From the NCBI GenBank assembly GCA_902785275.1, contig CACZYB010000004.1, positions 22,149-86,148 of the forward strand: 64,000 nt of DNA, read 5' to 3'. This DNA is from an uncultured Pseudomonadota bacterium (GTDB lineage Bacteria > Pseudomonadota > Alphaproteobacteria > Rs-D84 > CACZYB01). How positions within the stretch are numbered: position 1 is the first letter of the stretch; each line of letters starts with the position of its first letter. This document shows, piece by piece, positions 19,427 to 29,489 of this stretch. The position numbers and the translations under genes are program-made. Below the pieces are notes generated by a model. The model ran no database searches. It was not told where the DNA came from and was given only the letters and a program-made list of their open reading frames with translations.

Positions 19427-21133
19427 ATGCTTACTAATTTAGTTATTAAAAATTTTATTTTGATTGAAAGTTTGGAACTTTCGTTTGGTCATAAACTTAC
19501 TGTTTTAACTGGTGAAACCGGTGCTGGAAAGTCGATACTCCTTGATGCAGTTTCGTTTGCCTTAGGTGCGAGAAGTGATACTTCTATGATAAAAAATGGA
19601 AGTGATTCAATGTCCGTTATTGCAAGTTTTGATGTGTTAAAAACTCATCCTTCGATAAAGCTTTTGCTTGAAAATGAAATTATTTCACAAAGTGAAGTTG
19701 GTGAAAGTTTTGAAATAATACTTCGCCGAACATTAAATAAAGATGGAAAGAATAAGGCATATATAAATGATATTCCAGTAAGTCTTTCTATATTAAAACT
19801 TATTGGTGATACATTGATTGAAATTCATGGTCAGTTTGATAATCAAAGTTTACTTAATCCAGCAACACATCTTGGTATTTTGGATAATTTTGCGCATGAT
19901 TATAATTTGAAAGAAGAGTGTAAACTTGCCTATCAAAAGTGGCAAAAAAGTAAAAAAGAATTGGCAGAGATAGAAGCAAATTTTGCAAAGGCAAAGGAAG
20001 ATGAAGATTACCTTAAACATAATCTTTCTGAACTTGAAGCATTAAATCCACAAAAGGGTGAGGAAGAAGAGCTTAATAATAAAAGACATATTTTGATGAA
20101 TTCGGAAAAGATTATTACTTCTATTAAGGATGCGTTTGAATATCTTTCAAAGTATGGTGATGAACCGGAAAAATTTGTTTCCAATGCGTGCTATGCTTTG
20201 GAAAGAATTCCGGATGATGCAAAAAATGAAAATATAAAAGTTATTGTTTCCGAGCTTGATAATGTTGTGTCGAATATTTCTGATGCGTATGAAAGATTAG
20301 GACAGATACTTTCTGAAAATGATGGTGATACATCGACATTGGAAAAAACAGAAGAAAGACTTTTTTCTATTAGAGAGTTGTCTCGTAAGCACAAGGTTAG
20401 TCCGGATGAGCTTCCTGAATTTATGGCAAACTTGAAACATACTGTTGATAATATAAATAATTCAGATGAAGTTTTGAAAGAAAAAAGACAGCAGACAGAG
20501 AAAGCTAAGGAAGATTATTTGGTTATTGCGAATAAACTTTCGGATGTTCGTTCAGAGTATGGTAAAATGTTGAGTAATAAGGTTATGATGGAGCTTCCTC
20601 CACTTAAGCTTGAAAAAGCAACATTTGAAGTTGTTGTTTCACGTGAAACAGATGAAAATAAATACTCGGCAAATGGTATTGATAATGTTTGCTTTATGGG
20701 GTCAACAAATTTTGGTGCGACAAAGAACTATATTCACAAGATTGCATCTGGTGGTGAACTTGCCAGATTTACTTTGGCGATAAAGGTTGTGATTTCTGAT
20801 GCTTCGGTTATTTCATCAATGATCTTTGATGAGGTGGATACAGGTATAAGTGGTGCGACTGCATCAGCTGTTGGTGAACGTTTGGCAAGACTTTCAAAAT
20901 CAATACAGATACTTGTTGTTACTCATTCACCACAGGTTGCTTCGTTTGGAAATCATCATTTCAAGGTTTCAAAATATTTTGATGAAGATAAAAATGCAAC
21001 TATTACTTCTGTGGAGCAACTTTCTGAACCACAGAGAGTGAATGAAATTGCTCGAATTATTTCTGGGGATAAAATTACTCCGGAAGCAGTTAGTGCAGCG
21101 GAAAAATTGTTTATAACTTCAATAAAGGCATAG
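19427..21133 (+). CDS. recN: DNA repair protein RecN
   Basis: It has an N-terminal Walker A (GETGAGKS), a long coiled coil and a C-terminal ABC signature/Walker B. Confidence 0.9.
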   Translation: MLTNLVIKNFILIESLELSFGHKLTVLTGETGAGKSILLDAVSFALGARSDTSMIKNGSDSMSVIASFDVLKTHPSIKLLLENEIISQSEVGESFEIILRRTLNKDGKNKAYINDIPVSLSILKLIGDTLIEIHGQFDNQSLLNPATHLGILDNFAHDYNLKEECKLAYQKWQKSKKELAEIEANFAKAKEDEDYLKHNLSELEALNPQKGEEEELNNKRHILMNSEKIITSIKDAFEYLSKYGDEPEKFVSNACYALERIPDDAKNENIKVIVSELDNVVSNISDAYERLGQILSENDGDTSTLEKTEERLFSIRELSRKHKVSPDELPEFMANLKHTVDNINNSDEVLKEKRQQTEKAKEDYLVIANKLSDVRSEYGKMLSNKVMMELPPLKLEKATFEVVVSRETDENKYSANGIDNVCFMGSTNFGATKNYIHKIASGGELARFTLAIKVVISDASVISSMIFDEVDTGISGATASAVGERLARLSKSIQILVVTHSPQVASFGNHHFKVSKYFDEDKNATITSVEQLSEPQRVNEIARIISGDKITPEAVSAAEKLFITSIKA

Positions 21134-21143
21134 GGAGAAAAAT

Positions 21144-22589
21144 ATGAATATTAATTTCACATCGGATATAGAAAAAAATTATGATGCAATAATTTTGGGT
21201 GTTTATGAAAATTCAAAGCTTTCAAAATTAACAGAAAATTTTGAAAAAAAACTTGGCGGTATTATTTCTAAGACAATTAAAAATTCAAAATTTAAGGGAA
21301 ATGTTGGTGATGTGGTTGATATTTTCTCTGAAAAGATAATTTTGGTTGGCCTTGGTAAAGAAGCTGAACTTGATGATATTGTATTACATAAGATTGGTGG
21401 AATTATTGGTTCTCATGTAACAAAAGAAAAGAAAGAAAATGTTTTGTTGATGCTTGATAATTTTGCAGATGAGAAAAATTTTGCAATTATTTATGGTGCA
21501 ATGTTAAAGACATATAGATTTGATAAATATAAAACTGTTGATGATGAAAAGAAAACAGAAATTTTATTTAATGTATATTCACAAAATCCAAAGAAATCAA
21601 AAGATGATTTTTCGGATGTGTCGGCGGTTATTGATGGTGTGATTACAACACGTGATTTGGCAAACGAACCATCAAATGTTTTAAGTACAACTGCCCTTGC
21701 AAAGGAAGCAAAAAAACTTTCAAAATTAGGAATTAAGGTTGAAGTGATTGATGCAAAAGAACTTGAAAAAATGGGGGCAAATCTTATTTTGGCTGTTGGT
21801 GCAGGTTCGAAAAATCCACCTTATATTGTTGTGATGAAATATACTGGAAATAAGAAATCAAAAAATACTGTTGCTTTGGTTGGAAAGGGGCTTTGCTTTG
21901 ATAGTGGTGGAATTTCTCTTAAACCATCAAGAGGTATGGATGAAATGAAAAGCGATATGACTGGTGCTGCAACAGTTATTGGAATTATGGAAAGTATTGC
22001 AAAAAGAAATATGAATATAAATGTTACCGGTGTTATTGGGCTTGCTGAAAATATGCCTGATGGTGCTTCGTATAAACCTGGAGATATTGTAAAGTCATTA
22101 AGTGGAAAGACGGTTGAAGTTTTGGATACCGATGCGGAAGGTCGTCTTGTTCTTGCGGATTGTTTGACATATACAGTTAGAAATATTAAGCCAAAATTCG
22201 TTATGGATTTTGCGACATTGACTGGTGCGGTTATGGTTGCATTGGGTGAAGAAACAACAGGAATCTTTTCAAATGATGAAAAGCTGGTTGATATGGTAAA
22301 AACTGCATCACAAAAAACAGGGGAAGATGTATGGCAACTTCCACTTGGTAAAAAATTTGCTGATATGATAAAGTCAGATATTGCAGATGTTAAAAATCTT
22401 GGTGCTCCTGAAAGATATGCTGGCTCTATTACTGCGGCAGAATTTTTAAAGGTTTTTGTTGAAGGTACACCATGGATTCATTTTGATATTGCAGGTACTG
22501 CATGGGTGAATAAAGAAAATGATATTGCTCCAAAGGGAATGAGTGGTGTTTGTGTTGCTCTTATAAATAAACTTTTTGAAAATTTGTAA
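21144..22589 (+). CDS. pepA: leucyl aminopeptidase (M17)
   Basis: It has the NTDAEGRL signature of M17 in VLDTDAEGRLVLADC. Confidence 0.9.
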   Translation: MNINFTSDIEKNYDAIILGVYENSKLSKLTENFEKKLGGIISKTIKNSKFKGNVGDVVDIFSEKIILVGLGKEAELDDIVLHKIGGIIGSHVTKEKKENVLLMLDNFADEKNFAIIYGAMLKTYRFDKYKTVDDEKKTEILFNVYSQNPKKSKDDFSDVSAVIDGVITTRDLANEPSNVLSTTALAKEAKKLSKLGIKVEVIDAKELEKMGANLILAVGAGSKNPPYIVVMKYTGNKKSKNTVALVGKGLCFDSGGISLKPSRGMDEMKSDMTGAATVIGIMESIAKRNMNINVTGVIGLAENMPDGASYKPGDIVKSLSGKTVEVLDTDAEGRLVLADCLTYTVRNIKPKFVMDFATLTGAVMVALGEETTGIFSNDEKLVDMVKTASQKTGEDVWQLPLGKKFADMIKSDIADVKNLGAPERYAGSITAAEFLKVFVEGTPWIHFDIAGTAWVNKENDIAPKGMSGVCVALINKLFENL

Positions 22590-22607
22590 AAAGTTTTGTT
22601 GTAAATG

Positions 22608-22640
22608 AAAAAGCTGGACTATTAAATCCAGCTTTTTTTG
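22608..22640. terminator. bidirectional rho-independent terminator between pepA and dksA
   Basis: The hairpin AAGCTGGA…TCCAGCTT is flanked by A-run and T-run. Confidence 0.5.
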
Positions 22641-22659
22641 TTTTTATTTTATGCAAAAA

Positions 22660-23112
22660 TTATTTGCTGTAAAGCTTTTCTTTTGCTTCGTGTTCTTCCT
22701 GTGCTTCCACAGTCATAGTTGCAACAGGACGTGCTTCAAGTCTTTTAAGACCGATTGGTTCATCAGTGATTTCACAGTAACCGAATGTACCGTTTTCAAT
22801 TCTTTGAAGTGCAGCATCGATTTTTGAAATTACTTTTCTTTCACGATCACGTGTACGAAGTTCAAGTTGTTTTAATGCTTCATCATTAGCGCGGTCAATA
22901 TCATCGCCGGCAGTGGAGTAAGTACCGGAAGTTTCTTCAACCAAAGTTTTTCTTGCATTTTCACTTCCTTGTAAAAGCTCGTTTTTCCAATCAAGGAGTT
23001 TTTTACGGAAATATGCAAGTTGCATAGGGTTCATATATTCTTCTTTTTCAGAAGGTTTGTATCCTTCAGGAAGAACTATTTCATCTAGTATTTTTTTCAT
23101 ATCTTTGGTCAT
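22660..23112 (-). CDS. dksA: RNA polymerase-binding transcription factor DksA (Zn-finger cysteines not conserved)
   Basis: It is collinear with E. coli DksA and shares EEYMN, ELR.RDRERK and FGYCE…RLEARP. Only one of the four Zn-finger Cys is present (CEIT…TMTV versus CESC…CIDC). Confidence 0.85.
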   Translation of the reverse strand: MTKDMKKILDEIVLPEGYKPSEKEEYMNPMQLAYFRKKLLDWKNELLQGSENARKTLVEETSGTYSTAGDDIDRANDEALKQLELRTRDRERKVISKIDAALQRIENGTFGYCEITDEPIGLKRLEARPVATMTVEAQEEHEAKEKLYSK

Positions 23113-23143
23113 AGTAGACCTCCTTTCATTTTCCTTTTTTTAA

Positions 23144-23464
23144 TTAAAGGTTTGCATTTATGAAGTCAGTCAATGCTTTCTTTGACATAGAGCCACTGTT
23201 GCTTGCCACAACTTCACCGTTTTTAAATATAATGATAGTAGGAATACCTGTAATACCATATTTTGCAGGTGTTTCTCTTCCTTCATCAACATTCATTTTG
23301 CAGAATTTTACCTTTTCACCCATTTCGTTTGATACTTCTTCTACTACTGGTAAAAATTGTCTGCATGGACCACACCATTGAGCCCAAAAGTCAACTAAAA
23401 CAACCTTATCAGATTTTAAAACTTCTGTTTCAAAATTTGTATCATTTACTGCTGTGAATGCCAT
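23144..23464 (-). CDS. trxA: thioredoxin
   Basis: The active site WCGPC is present. It is 106 aa. Confidence 0.9.
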   Translation of the reverse strand: MAFTAVNDTNFETEVLKSDKVVLVDFWAQWCGPCRQFLPVVEEVSNEMGEKVKFCKMNVDEGRETPAKYGITGIPTIIIFKNGEVVASNSGSMSKKALTDFINANL

Positions 23465-23546
23465 ATTTTTTCTCCTTGTTTATTTGTTTTAAGTGTATTA
23501 TATTATATAGTAACTTTTATTAAAAAAGCAATAGGTATATTTTGTT

Positions 23547-24740
23547 ATGAGTGATTTTAAAAAATATTTCCCAATTTTTAAACAAAATTCAAATATTGTT
23601 TATTTGGATAGTGGTGCAAGTGCTCAGAAACCCTCTTGTGTTTTGGATGGAATGAGCAAGTTTTATTCTGAGACTTATGCTAATATCCATAGAGGACTTT
23701 ATGCCTTTTCTGAAAAATCGACAGAGATGTATGATGAAGTGCGCGAAAAAGTTGCAAAGTTTATTGGTGCAAACTCTTCATCCGAGATTATTTTTACAAA
23801 GGGTACAACCGAGGCAATAAATTTGGTTGCGTCATCTTTTGGGCGACTTTTGAAAACTGATGATGAAATCATTGTAAGTGAGGTGGAGCATCATTCAAAT
23901 CTTCTTCCATGGAAAAATTTGGAAGAAACTGTTGGGGTTAAGGTTAAATATTTACCTGTGTTGAATGATGGTGTGTTGGATTATGATTGGCTTAAACAAA
24001 ATATTTCTGAGAAGACAAAGCTTGTTTGTGTAACTGGTCAATCGAATGTTTTGGGACTTAAAAATGATGTAAAGAAGATTGTTGAGGTTGCACATTCGGT
24101 TGGGGCAAAGGTTTTGATTGATGGTGCACAGCTTACTGTTCATTCAAAAGTTGATGTTAGTTTGTGGAATGTGGATTTTTATGTTTTTTCAGGGCATAAA
24201 ATTTATGGTCCAACAGGTATTGGTGTTTTGTATGGAAAGTATGAACTTTTGGATGTGATGCCACCGTATCAATTTGGTGGGGATATGGTTGAAAGCGTTT
24301 CTTTTGATGATGTTGTTTTCAAACCTGTTCCATCAAAGTTTGAGGCTGGAACTCCTCCTATTGCTGAGGTGGTTGGACTTGGGTATGCGATTGACTTTCT
24401 TCAATCTGTTGGTATGGATGAAATTGAAAAGCATGGTCGTGTTTTGACTGAATATTTGCTTGAAAAACTTTTGAAGATTGATGGTGTAAAATTATTAAGT
24501 TCAAAAGATTCAAATTCAATTGTTTCATTTGTGATTGATGGAGTTTCATCGTTTGATATTGGTTTAATGCTTGGTCAAAAGGGTGTTTGTGTACGTGTTG
24601 GAAAACATTGTGCGGAACCTTTGCATAAACGTTTGGGTGTCGAAAGCTCTATTCGTGTATCTTTTGGTATATATAATGATGAAAGTGATGTGGATAAATT
24701 TATTGAAGCATTGAATAAAGTTTTGAATATGTTGAGGTAG
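23547..24740 (+). CDS. sufS: cysteine desulfurase, SufS/CsdA family (class V aminotransferase)
   Basis: The PLP-lysine lies in SGHKIYGPTGIG and the active-site Cys in RVGKHCAEP (the SufS RxGHHCA motif). Confidence 0.8.
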   Translation: MSDFKKYFPIFKQNSNIVYLDSGASAQKPSCVLDGMSKFYSETYANIHRGLYAFSEKSTEMYDEVREKVAKFIGANSSSEIIFTKGTTEAINLVASSFGRLLKTDDEIIVSEVEHHSNLLPWKNLEETVGVKVKYLPVLNDGVLDYDWLKQNISEKTKLVCVTGQSNVLGLKNDVKKIVEVAHSVGAKVLIDGAQLTVHSKVDVSLWNVDFYVFSGHKIYGPTGIGVLYGKYELLDVMPPYQFGGDMVESVSFDDVVFKPVPSKFEAGTPPIAEVVGLGYAIDFLQSVGMDEIEKHGRVLTEYLLEKLLKIDGVKLLSSKDSNSIVSFVIDGVSSFDIGLMLGQKGVCVRVGKHCAEPLHKRLGVESSIRVSFGIYNDESDVDKFIEALNKVLNMLR

Positions 24741-24747
24741 TTTTATT

Positions 24748-25290
24748 ATGTTCGGACGAAAGAAAGTTGAAGAAAAAAAAGTTGATGTGAAAAATGTCGT
24801 TAAGCAAGATTTATCCGTTGATGAAAAATTGGATGTAAAAACGTCTGTTGAAGAAGAAAAAATCAAAATTGATGCGGATATAAAAGAACTTAAAGATATT
24901 ATTATTCATAGGGGAAAGCCGTTAGAAAAAAAACAAAAACCTTTGAAAAAAAAGGATGCAGTTATTGCTGCGCTTCAACTTGTTTTTGATCCGGAAATAA
25001 GGGTTGATGTTTATAATCTTGGCCTTATATATGATGTTGATTTGGATAAAAAGACAGGTAATGTAAAAATTGTGATGACCCTTACTTCGCCTACTTGTCC
25101 TATGGCGGATGAGATTCCAATTTGGGTGGCGGAAAGTGTTGAGGCTGTTGATGGTGTTGCTGAAGTTGAGGTAAAGGTTATTTGGGATCCTGCTTGGGAT
25201 TTATCAAAGATGTCAGAAGAGGCAAAATTCCAGATGGAAATTGCCGAATTTGATAATAGCTTTTTTATGCGTGACCCATTTGAATTTTAG
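24748..25290 (+). CDS. SufT-like Fe-S assembly protein (DUF59/MIP18 family) with Lys/Glu-rich N-terminal extension
   Basis: The C-terminal ~100 aa match the DUF59 core (…DPEIRVDVYNLGLIY…LTSPTCPMADEI…). The N-terminal ~75 aa is low-complexity and K/E-rich. Confidence 0.6.
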   Translation: MFGRKKVEEKKVDVKNVVKQDLSVDEKLDVKTSVEEEKIKIDADIKELKDIIIHRGKPLEKKQKPLKKKDAVIAALQLVFDPEIRVDVYNLGLIYDVDLDKKTGNVKIVMTLTSPTCPMADEIPIWVAESVEAVDGVAEVEVKVIWDPAWDLSKMSEEAKFQMEIAEFDNSFFMRDPFEF

Positions 25291-28058
25291 GCAATAACTT
25301 CTTTCAAAATAATGTAAATTTTTCCAATATCTGTGGATGTGAGTGTTGTAACCAAGATATCACTTTTATCAGTTGTTGATGCTTTTAATATTATGTTATT
25401 AAATTCTGCAACAAATGATTTTATATGAGTTGCCAAATTCGAATCTTTTGCAATTAAGTTTTGTAGGGCAGATACTTGTTTTCTGTCGAGCATTTTTGCA
25501 AGATAGCGAGAGAAGACATTTTTGTGTCCGGCATTATATCTGTTCCATAAATCTTGGCTTACATCAGGGCTTAGAATTTGAGAAATATCAATTGAAATAG
25601 AATTTAATTTTTCAATGATAAAGCCAGCTTCGTTTAAGAAATTTTCTGTTGAAACACTAGGAGCTTTTGTTTGTTGAACTGGCTTTTGTTGTTTTGATAA
25701 TGCTTCAACTGCTTCGTATTGAAGTTTGAATTCAGAAAGTGATTTTTGTGCTTCTTCACTAAGTTTATTTGTATAGTTTGCAATTTTTGTAATTGATTGT
25801 GCAGAAGCATTTGATATGAAATCAAGTTCTGATGATTTTTCACTTACAAATTTAGAGAATTGTTTTTCAATGTTTGAAAGGTTTTCAATTAGTTCGGCAG
25901 TCTTTTTATTTGTAAGATTTATTGAACTTTCAATACTTGAATTTGTGTTTTGTAAGTTTGTATCTATTGCAGAAATATGTGAGTTTAATTCAGGCAAAGA
26001 TTGTGATGCTCGAATAAGTTCGGATGATATATTTCCAACCAATTCTCTGGTTGATTTTGATGTGTTATCAAGAGTTAAGGTTTCTTGTTTCAAATCAGAA
26101 ATAAGTTTTGAAATTTCACTGTTTGAACGCATAGAATTTTCAAAGAATGTTGATGCAATACCTTTGAAATTGTCGGTTGATGATACACTGCGTTCTATGG
26201 CTTCGTTTATGATTTTTGCAGCCTGTGAACTCTTTTGTAAAATTGCATCGTTTATTGCATTTAACTTTGCATCTATTTGACCACCAAGGTTTAAGATGTT
26301 GTTTGTTGTTGATGAAATCTTTCCATTCATAGAACTGATTTTTATCATTAAGTTTTCTGTTATATCAGAAAGTTTTTTACCTTGTGTTTCAATGGAAAGT
26401 TCACCAAGGCGGCTTTGTGCAGCAACACTGTTCGCAACTTCTTCAAGTTCGCCAATTTCGTTTCTTAAAGTATCCTTTATTTCACTTGCAACCTTAAGTG
26501 TAATTGTTGCTTGGTTACTTAAATTATGGCTTGAGTTAGTCATAAGTTCATTAATTTCTTTTGCTGCATTTTTGATCGTATCGGATGTTGAAATAATTTC
26601 ACCAGAAGATACCTTCATTTCAGATGTAGTATTTTGTGCAATATCTTTTATATCGGAAATTGATGATATGAAGTTATTTTTTTCAGCAAGAATTTTTTCG
26701 GAAACATTGTTGATGTTCTCTGCAACTTCGCTTGATGTTGTGAAAAGATTTTCTTTTTGATTATTGATTTCTTGTGCAATATTTTTGAAATGATTTATTA
26801 TATTTTCGGAAACCAAACCAATACCTTTATCAATATGTGTAAATTTATCTTCGGCTTGACTTACTATACTTAAGATAGAATTTGAATTGTTTTCAAAACG
26901 AGAAGCTTGCTTTTGTAAATTTGCAATCATATTGTTTGATTGTTCGGTTATAAGCGCAAGAGTTTCTTTTGATGTTGTTTCGTTTTCTTTTGTAATACGT
27001 TCAATAGTGTCGACTGAATTTGTTATGTTATTCATAACAGAATTTACACGTTCGGCAGAAATATTTGCTTTTGTTACGAATTCTGCAGACTTTGTTGAAA
27101 CTGTATCAAGAATTTGATTTGCACGAGTTTCGGCAATTTCTGATGATGAAAGAATTCTTTCGTTTATTGTATCGAATGTTGCTTCAACATCCTTTATTCT
27201 CTTTATCGCATCAGTTGTAGAGTTATCAATATTATCAGAATTTGTATCAATAGTTTTTGAGATTGCCTCAACAATTTCGGCAGTCTTTCTTATAGTATTT
27301 TCAAGTCTGTCTGTTTCAGTTAAAAGATTTTCTGTTATATTATTTGTTTTCTTTTCTGCTGTATCAGTTGTATCATTAAGTGTTGCGATATGTTTTTCAA
27401 TATCGGATAAGATATCCTTTGTTTTTACACTTACAGAATCAGTTGTGTTATTTAATTCTGTTGTTATAGATTTTACAGATGTTTCGTGTTTCTTTATTGC
27501 ATCAATGGTATTTTTTACCTGGTTTTCGATGTTTGTATGGATTGATGCAAGTTTTTCAGAGTAATCAACAAACTTATCAATTGTCTTTTTAAGTTCGTTT
27601 GTTTCTGTTTCAATTTTTTTTGTAATAACTTTTGTTATAACAGAAGTATCACCATGTGGGTCAATAATACTTTGCAAAAATGGATAAATAACTTTGTGTT
27701 CATAGTTTGAATTGATATTTCTATCAATATACATGGCAACCATCCATATAAAACCAATAGGCATTATGGTTCCGGCTAAGAACCCACCGAATTCATGAGG
27801 AAGCATTTTGAAAAATGATGACCAGTTATAAACACTGTTGCTTGCGTAATACCAGATAAGACCTATCCATATAACGCTTAGGATTAATGCAGAAAAATAT
27901 ATGTATATTGGATTGATTTTTCTGTATCCATATTGTTTGTTAAAATCATCATACTTTGATTTCAAAGTTGAAAATTCTTCGTTATCTCTTTTTTCGCCTT
28001 GTAATAAAATATTTTTACTCATTTTTTTGTTGCCCCTATGATTTTCATATTGTATCAT
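25287..28058 (-). CDS. large membrane-anchored coiled-coil repeat protein, function unknown
   Basis: A 923-aa ORF. Two N-terminal hydrophobic helices are followed by ~750 aa of S/T/N/I/E/K-rich helical repeats and a small C-terminal globular segment. No catalytic motif was seen. Confidence 0.6.
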   Translation of the reverse strand: MIQYENHRGNKKMSKNILLQGEKRDNEEFSTLKSKYDDFNKQYGYRKINPIYIYFSALILSVIWIGLIWYYASNSVYNWSSFFKMLPHEFGGFLAGTIMPIGFIWMVAMYIDRNINSNYEHKVIYPFLQSIIDPHGDTSVITKVITKKIETETNELKKTIDKFVDYSEKLASIHTNIENQVKNTIDAIKKHETSVKSITTELNNTTDSVSVKTKDILSDIEKHIATLNDTTDTAEKKTNNITENLLTETDRLENTIRKTAEIVEAISKTIDTNSDNIDNSTTDAIKRIKDVEATFDTINERILSSSEIAETRANQILDTVSTKSAEFVTKANISAERVNSVMNNITNSVDTIERITKENETTSKETLALITEQSNNMIANLQKQASRFENNSNSILSIVSQAEDKFTHIDKGIGLVSENIINHFKNIAQEINNQKENLFTTSSEVAENINNVSEKILAEKNNFISSISDIKDIAQNTTSEMKVSSGEIISTSDTIKNAAKEINELMTNSSHNLSNQATITLKVASEIKDTLRNEIGELEEVANSVAAQSRLGELSIETQGKKLSDITENLMIKISSMNGKISSTTNNILNLGGQIDAKLNAINDAILQKSSQAAKIINEAIERSVSSTDNFKGIASTFFENSMRSNSEISKLISDLKQETLTLDNTSKSTRELVGNISSELIRASQSLPELNSHISAIDTNLQNTNSSIESSINLTNKKTAELIENLSNIEKQFSKFVSEKSSELDFISNASAQSITKIANYTNKLSEEAQKSLSEFKLQYEAVEALSKQQKPVQQTKAPSVSTENFLNEAGFIIEKLNSISIDISQILSPDVSQDLWNRYNAGHKNVFSRYLAKMLDRKQVSALQNLIAKDSNLATHIKSFVAEFNNIILKASTTDKSDILVTTLTSTDIGKIYIILKEVIA

Positions 28059-28100
28059 ATTTTTGTGATTAACACAAGATTTTGTTTTTATGGAGGAAAT

Positions 28101-29417
28101 ATGAATAAATTTTTGTTTACTATTTTTTCATTAGTCGTTTTTTCGCAGGTTGCTTTTTCTGCGGATAATGTAGACTATAACAAGCCTTTTGATGAAATAA
28201 AAACTCAAGTTCCTGATTTTGATCAAAGACATAGTTTGATGCCTGTGGAGGTTAAACCTTTAAATAAAGAATCTGGTACAGAAAAAAGAGATGTCGGTGT
28301 AGAGAATAAAGAATCTGGAAATAAGTTAAAAGAATCTGGAAATAAGTTAAAAGAATCATCTGCTATTGAAAATAAAGAAGATAAAAATCTTTTGGTTGAG
28401 AATAAAACAGAAGTTCAAAAAGCTGATCCTATAAAAATAGAGAAAGATAAAACTTTGTCTGAACAGAAAGTTGTCGTAACTGAACAAATAAAACCTGTTT
28501 ATGTCGTTCCTTCTGCTTTCCCTGAAGAGGATAAAAAGGCAATTGAAGATGCAAAAAATGATTTGAAACAGAATTTGAATAAAGCTCATGTTGATGATGA
28601 CGATGATGAGGAGAAAGATACAAAGACTGTGGCTAAAACTAATATTGAAACAAAGTCTGATGAAAAGAAGGTAGGTGAAGTAAAAGATGAAAAAATAGAA
28701 GTTGCAAAATCAACAGAAAATGAACCATTCGTTTTGAAACAAATTCCAGAAAAAAAATTTGATGGTAATGATATAATTTTTTCAAACATTATTGAAGAGA
28801 AGGTTGGGGCGGTGGAAACTCATCCTTTGATTATTTCTTCTAAAAATAAATTAGAGAAAAAAGAAGATAGTGAAGAAAAGTTGGCTGGTGTTGATACGGT
28901 TTCTAAACCTGTGGAGCAAGTTCCTACTTATGTTCCAACACCCGCTATTAATTCATCAAAGAATGCAGCATATTTGGATGAAAATTTTGCTGCAAATGGA
29001 CATCCGGAACTTTTGCTTCCTAAGAATATGAATACCGAAGAAAAGAAGAAAGAAGTTATTTTGGATAATGTGGTTAATCCTTTGGTAAAAAAGAATGCAA
29101 CTTTGAGTAAAAAAGAGGCTTCTTTGGATACTGTTTCTGAACGAAAGAATATTGTAAAATCAGTCCCTGAAATAGAAAAAGATGTTTTGGTTGCTCATAT
29201 TGCATCATATACAACTGAAGAAACAGCAAAAAGAGGTGTTGAAATTTGGAAAGAAAAGTATCCTTTGATAACAATATTACATCCTTTTATTAAATATGAA
29301 AATGTTGAAGGAAAGGGTATGTTTTATCGTGTTTTTGTAAAGGGAAACGAAGCAAAACTTGAAAACCTTTGCAATTTGATGAAAAGTAACAAAGATTGGT
29401 GTAATATTTTAAGATAA
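28101..29417 (+). CDS. secreted Lys/Glu-rich protein with C-terminal SPOR (septal peptidoglycan-binding) domain
   Basis: It has a signal peptide (MNKFLFTIFSLVVFSQVAFSA) after a GGAGG RBS. The C-terminus has the SPOR pattern (…AHIASYTTEETAKRGVEIW…GMFYRVFVKGNEAKLENLC…). An in-frame 21-bp tandem repeat (ESGNKLK x2) is present. Confidence 0.6.
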   Translation: MNKFLFTIFSLVVFSQVAFSADNVDYNKPFDEIKTQVPDFDQRHSLMPVEVKPLNKESGTEKRDVGVENKESGNKLKESGNKLKESSAIENKEDKNLLVENKTEVQKADPIKIEKDKTLSEQKVVVTEQIKPVYVVPSAFPEEDKKAIEDAKNDLKQNLNKAHVDDDDDEEKDTKTVAKTNIETKSDEKKVGEVKDEKIEVAKSTENEPFVLKQIPEKKFDGNDIIFSNIIEEKVGAVETHPLIISSKNKLEKKEDSEEKLAGVDTVSKPVEQVPTYVPTPAINSSKNAAYLDENFAANGHPELLLPKNMNTEEKKKEVILDNVVNPLVKKNATLSKKEASLDTVSERKNIVKSVPEIEKDVLVAHIASYTTEETAKRGVEIWKEKYPLITILHPFIKYENVEGKGMFYRVFVKGNEAKLENLCNLMKSNKDWCNILR

Positions 29418-29489
29418 AAACTTTTCTTGCTTATAATTTTAAAAGGTGCTATCTTATCTCCTATACACAAAATAACAAAGGAGATAATT

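Noticed and set aside
25816-26760. Two 154-aa plus-strand ORFs inside the 923-aa coiled-coil gene
   Set aside because: They are antisense shadows of a repetitive gene. Their hydrophobic, low-complexity products have no start context.
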